IMG/VR virus record: IMGVR_UViG_3300017725_002980
Origin: an uncultured virus (IMG/VR IMGVR_UViG_3300017725_002980)
Lineage: Duplodnaviria > Heunggongvirae > Uroviricota > Caudoviricetes
DNA: 20,000 nt
Strand: one strand, 5' to 3'
The notes under the pieces: generated by a model
Database searches by the model: none
Seen by the model: the letters and a program-made list of their open reading frames with translations, nothing else
Told to the model about the DNA's origin: nothing
Translations under genes and position numbers: made by a program
In this document: positions 17,177-20,000 of the stretch, one piece after another
Numbering within the stretch: position 1 is the stretch's first letter
Layout: each line of letters starts with the position of its first letter

Positions 17177-17309
17177 TACAAGCGCAAAACAACGTTACGA
17201 AACATTTATGGAATGGCATAGTTGGGCTAAATCTAACTATCCAAACTTTAAAAATGCTGTTAAAAAGAAAAAACCCTCACAGCCACGTTTTAGTGACTAT
17301 GGTAAGTAA
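17169..17309 (+). CDS. Small hypothetical protein (46 aa), not in the ORF track
   Basis: ATG at 17169 overlaps the end of the lysozyme gene; MSNTSAKQRYETFMEWHSWAKSNYPNFKNAVKKKKPSQPRFSDYGK*. It fills the gap and overlaps the ATG at 17299. Confidence 0.55.
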   Translation: MSNTSAKQRYETFMEWHSWAKSNYPNFKNAVKKKKPSQPRFSDYGK

Positions 17310-17472
17310 ATTATCTGTCCTACAAGTAATGCAGATTATGTCAGATAATGACTTTGTTTATATGATGGAGTATGAACCTGGTACTATAATATCATTATGT
17401 AATGCTTTAAGTATTGAACTTCAAGAATCAAAAGAAAATGAAAGTATTAGTAATAGGAGAAACTTGTGTTGA
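17299..17472 (+). CDS. Small hypothetical protein (57 aa)
   Basis: Same frame as track ORF 17254..17472; ATG at 17299 preferred because it gives a short overlap with the preceding small ORF. Confidence 0.5.
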   Translation: MVSKLSVLQVMQIMSDNDFVYMMEYEPGTIISLCNALSIELQESKENESISNRRNLC

Positions 17473-18181
17473 TGAATTCGTTTACTGCGATGCTAAACGA
17501 TTATCACCAGAGGCACCAGTACCTGTTTTAAACCCAATTAAATCGACTGAAAACCCAGGAATGGCAGGTAATACATTTGCTAATGTGAAAGCATTATCAC
17601 CTGAAGCTATAATGGCTAATATTACTCAAAAGAAAAAAATTGTTAAAACACGCTACGTAGAAGAAAAATCAAATCATATGTTTCTTAGAGTAGATAAGGG
17701 TGAAAAATTTGATGACCATCTCCAATGGAGTATGTTTATTGATTCTTCTATTGCTGAAGCTGATATTGTAATAGTTAGTGATTATAATAAGGGGTTTTTA
17801 TCAAACGCTGATTTAAAAGAAATTGCTCGTAAATCAACTTTATCTATTCTAGATAGTAAACGTAAGTTAACTGATGATATTATTGAAGGTTTTACATTTG
17901 TTAAATTAAACGAATCTGAAAAATTAAATAACCCAAATTTAACTAAAGATAATATTATTACTACTTTAGGTAAAAAAGGTGCTGAATATAAAAATATATT
18001 ATTTGAATCACCTAACCCCCAAGATACTATTGATGTTTCAGGTGCTGGTGATACATTTACAGCTGCTTTTATAGTAAAATACTATCAATTAAAAGATGAA
18101 AGCGCAGCAATTAAATTTGCTAATCGTAAGTCCTCAGAAGTAGTCTCACAAAGAGGTGTAGTAACCCCAGAATTCGAATGA
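17438..18181 (+). CDS. RfaE/HldE kinase-domain-only protein (heptose-7-phosphate kinase-like, PfkB family)
   Basis: MKVLVIGETCVD, RLSPEAPVPV, PGMAGN, KTRY, SDYNKG, DVSGAGDTF. ATG at 17438 preferred over 17414. Confidence 0.87.
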   Translation: MKVLVIGETCVDEFVYCDAKRLSPEAPVPVLNPIKSTENPGMAGNTFANVKALSPEAIMANITQKKKIVKTRYVEEKSNHMFLRVDKGEKFDDHLQWSMFIDSSIAEADIVIVSDYNKGFLSNADLKEIARKSTLSILDSKRKLTDDIIEGFTFVKLNESEKLNNPNLTKDNIITTLGKKGAEYKNILFESPNPQDTIDVSGAGDTFTAAFIVKYYQLKDESAAIKFANRKSSEVVSQRGVVTPEFE

Positions 18182-19164
18182 AAGAAATAGTTATATTTGG
18201 TTCATATTGTAATACAAAAGCTAAATTAAATGCTTTAGAAACTAGTATTAAAAAAGCAAAAAAATTAGGATTAGATGTTTTAGTATTTGGTAGATATCCT
18301 ATCCCAGAGTCAACACAAAAAATGTGTGATTATTGGATTTATGATAAATCAAACCCAATTATACAAGAACGAACATTAAATCATTGGTCAATAGCTGAAG
18401 GGAAATATATTTCAAATTGGTTTCCTGATTATGGGTATGCTGCTTTAGAACAAATAGTAAAATCATTAGGTTTTGTTAGAAATTTAGGTTATGAAATAGC
18501 TTATTGGTTAGTTTATGATGTAGATTTAACTAATTTTCAACCATTTAGAGAAGTATGTTTAGATAAATTAATTGACCACGAAGTAATATGTCATAAATTT
18601 ACTCCTGTTAAACATCAACCTGAAAAAGGGCTTGATGGAACTTCTATAGGTTTTAAAATTAATCCTAGTTTTACCAAATTAAAGGGTGTAATGACAGAAA
18701 CTTTTTATCGTGACTTAATTACTAGGCGTGATAATTTTATTTCTGAAGATTTTATGCAAGAATGTTTTAAAGTAAGTGAATTAAACTATCATATCTTAAA
18801 AACCAAACCCAACCTACCAGCTACCTTAACATCAACAGGGTTAAGAAAACATGGTGATATACCAAAAGATTTTCCAAAAACTTTACAATATATAACATAT
18901 TGTAATATTGGTTGGGACGAAGATAATAATAATGTTAACGTATTTATTTGGGAATTAAAACAACATATCTATAGTATAACATTTAATTTTGGAAATAATA
19001 AACATATAATATTAGATAAAGCTTCAACCTTTGAATTTAACTTAGATTATAAACCTACTAAATGTGAAATAGTTGAAATTAATGGTGAGGTTATTAATGA
19101 AGTATTAGATCCTGAATTTACGGATTTATATTGGGGAGTATTTAAAATAAGAAATATGCCATAA
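18178..19164 (+). CDS. Hypothetical protein, paralog of 6937..7869
   Basis: 328-aa ORF with ATGA overlap; shares N-terminal motifs with the 6937 protein. Confidence 0.6.
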   Translation: MKEIVIFGSYCNTKAKLNALETSIKKAKKLGLDVLVFGRYPIPESTQKMCDYWIYDKSNPIIQERTLNHWSIAEGKYISNWFPDYGYAALEQIVKSLGFVRNLGYEIAYWLVYDVDLTNFQPFREVCLDKLIDHEVICHKFTPVKHQPEKGLDGTSIGFKINPSFTKLKGVMTETFYRDLITRRDNFISEDFMQECFKVSELNYHILKTKPNLPATLTSTGLRKHGDIPKDFPKTLQYITYCNIGWDEDNNNVNVFIWELKQHIYSITFNFGNNKHIILDKASTFEFNLDYKPTKCEIVEINGEVINEVLDPEFTDLYWGVFKIRNMP

Positions 19165-19165
19165 T

Positions 19166-19199
19166 ATTTGGTTATTCCAAAAATTGTTCGTATATTTAC
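19166..19199 (+). promoter_or_regulatory. Bacteroidota sigma70-type promoter, copy 2
   Basis: TTTG at 19167-19170, 20-nt spacer, TATATTTA at 19191-19198. ATTTGGTTA and TTCGTATATTTAC are identical to copy 1. Confidence 0.78.
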
Positions 19200-19221
19200 A
19201 TTATAAATAAAGGTTATACAT

Positions 19222-19686
19222 ATGCCACTTTGGAAATTTAAAAATTTAAATAAATACGGTCATCTTAGAACCCGTATTATGTACACTGAAGATTCACAAT
19301 TTACATACAAGCCTAAAGGATTAGGTTCATTTGTAGGTGTAAGTAGATTCCATTATGAATCAAGAACCCCATATCATGGCTTAATGACATCTCCAGCAGA
19401 TGGTAAAACATATCTTACACCAGATTGGATTGAAGTATTACCACAAACTACTCTTGCTGATATTAAGGTAGCTGAAGAGGAAACTCGTGGGAGAAAAAAA
19501 GGTAGTACTAAAATTGAAAATCCAAGAGAATGGAAATTTGAATCAAAATCAGATCCAGATAGCTGGTATGTAGTAAAGCAGGTTAGTGAATTTAAAGTAA
19601 CTTGTAATTGTATGGGTCAATATAGAGCAAAAGACCGTAAATGCCGTCACATGAAAGAAGTGATGGAAGAATTAAATATTAAATAA
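19222..19686 (+). CDS. SWIM zinc-finger protein
   Basis: C-terminal YVV..VTCNCMG..CRH (CxC-xn-CxH). Confidence 0.75.
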   Translation: MPLWKFKNLNKYGHLRTRIMYTEDSQFTYKPKGLGSFVGVSRFHYESRTPYHGLMTSPADGKTYLTPDWIEVLPQTTLADIKVAEEETRGRKKGSTKIENPREWKFESKSDPDSWYVVKQVSEFKVTCNCMGQYRAKDRKCRHMKEVMEELNIK

Positions 19687-19689
19687 ATT

Positions 19690-20000
19690 ATGCATAGATT
19701 AGAATTAGAAATAGAAATCAAACGTTTAAGAGTATTAATGAATCAAGCATTTGATGATGGTGATGAAGTTACTGGAGATCATTATATTGATGAAATTGAT
19801 GTATTAGCTAAAATATTAAATAGTGGTATGAGTCAAGAAGAATACGCTAAATGGTTAAATTCAACAGAACACGAACGTGAAAATCATCACTTACCAATTG
19901 AAATTAGAGGTGCTGTTATTGATGCTATTAATAATGCCAATTTAAGCAAACGGATGGTAGATGAATGGAATTCATATCTTGATTTTGATTTACATGAAAA
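19690..20000 (+). CDS. Hypothetical protein, 3'-truncated by window edge
   Basis: ATG at 19690, frame open to the end of the window (MHRLELEIEIKRLRVLMNQAFDDGDEV...). Confidence 0.65.
   Translation, partial: MHRLELEIEIKRLRVLMNQAFDDGDEVTGDHYIDEIDVLAKILNSGMSQEEYAKWLNSTEHERENHHLPIEIRGAVIDAINNANLSKRMVDEWNSYLDFDLHE

Noticed and set aside
17254..17437. Track starts at 17254 and 17414
   Set aside because: They create longer overlaps; ATGs at 17299 and 17438 give shorter overlaps and a typical MKVLVIG kinase N-terminus.
1..20000. Bacterial capsule/O-antigen locus or archaeal RFC region
   Set aside because: No flippase, polymerase or export genes seen. The gp62-like subunit, solo nuclease, lysozyme and many small orphans fit a phage better. 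Not fully excluded, because no capsid or terminase gene is in the window.
1..20000. tRNA, rRNA, intron or IS elements; GATC avoidance
   Set aside because: No intergenic space or motifs for RNA genes or transposases were seen, and GATC occurs repeatedly.

Overview
AT-rich, gene-dense window with about 35 genes, all on the + strand and mostly joined by overlapping stop/start codons. It most likely comes from a large tailed dsDNA phage infecting Bacteroidota (inference). Evidence: T4-like clamp-loader subunits, a stand-alone Cas4/RecB-like nuclease, a lysozyme-fold protein, no obvious Shine-Dalgarno sites, and two copies of a Bacteroidota-type TTTG-N20-TAnnTTT(A) promoter. About two thirds of the window is a glycan-building and glycan-decorating island: two FkbM-type methyltransferases, a DUF1599/Nmad1-like protein, two HAD/nucleotidyltransferase fusions in opposite domain order, a cupin, a short GDPD-like protein, two sulfotransferase-like proteins, three GT2 and two GT4 glycosyltransferases, a pair of uncharacterised paralogs and an RfaE-like heptose-phosphate kinase. 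No flippase, polymerase or exporter gene is seen in the window. The best candidate for a new system is therefore a phage-encoded pathway that makes a rare activated sugar and builds a sulfated/methylated glycan on the virion, on phage DNA or on the host surface. All calls come from motif recognition by eye; no searches were run.
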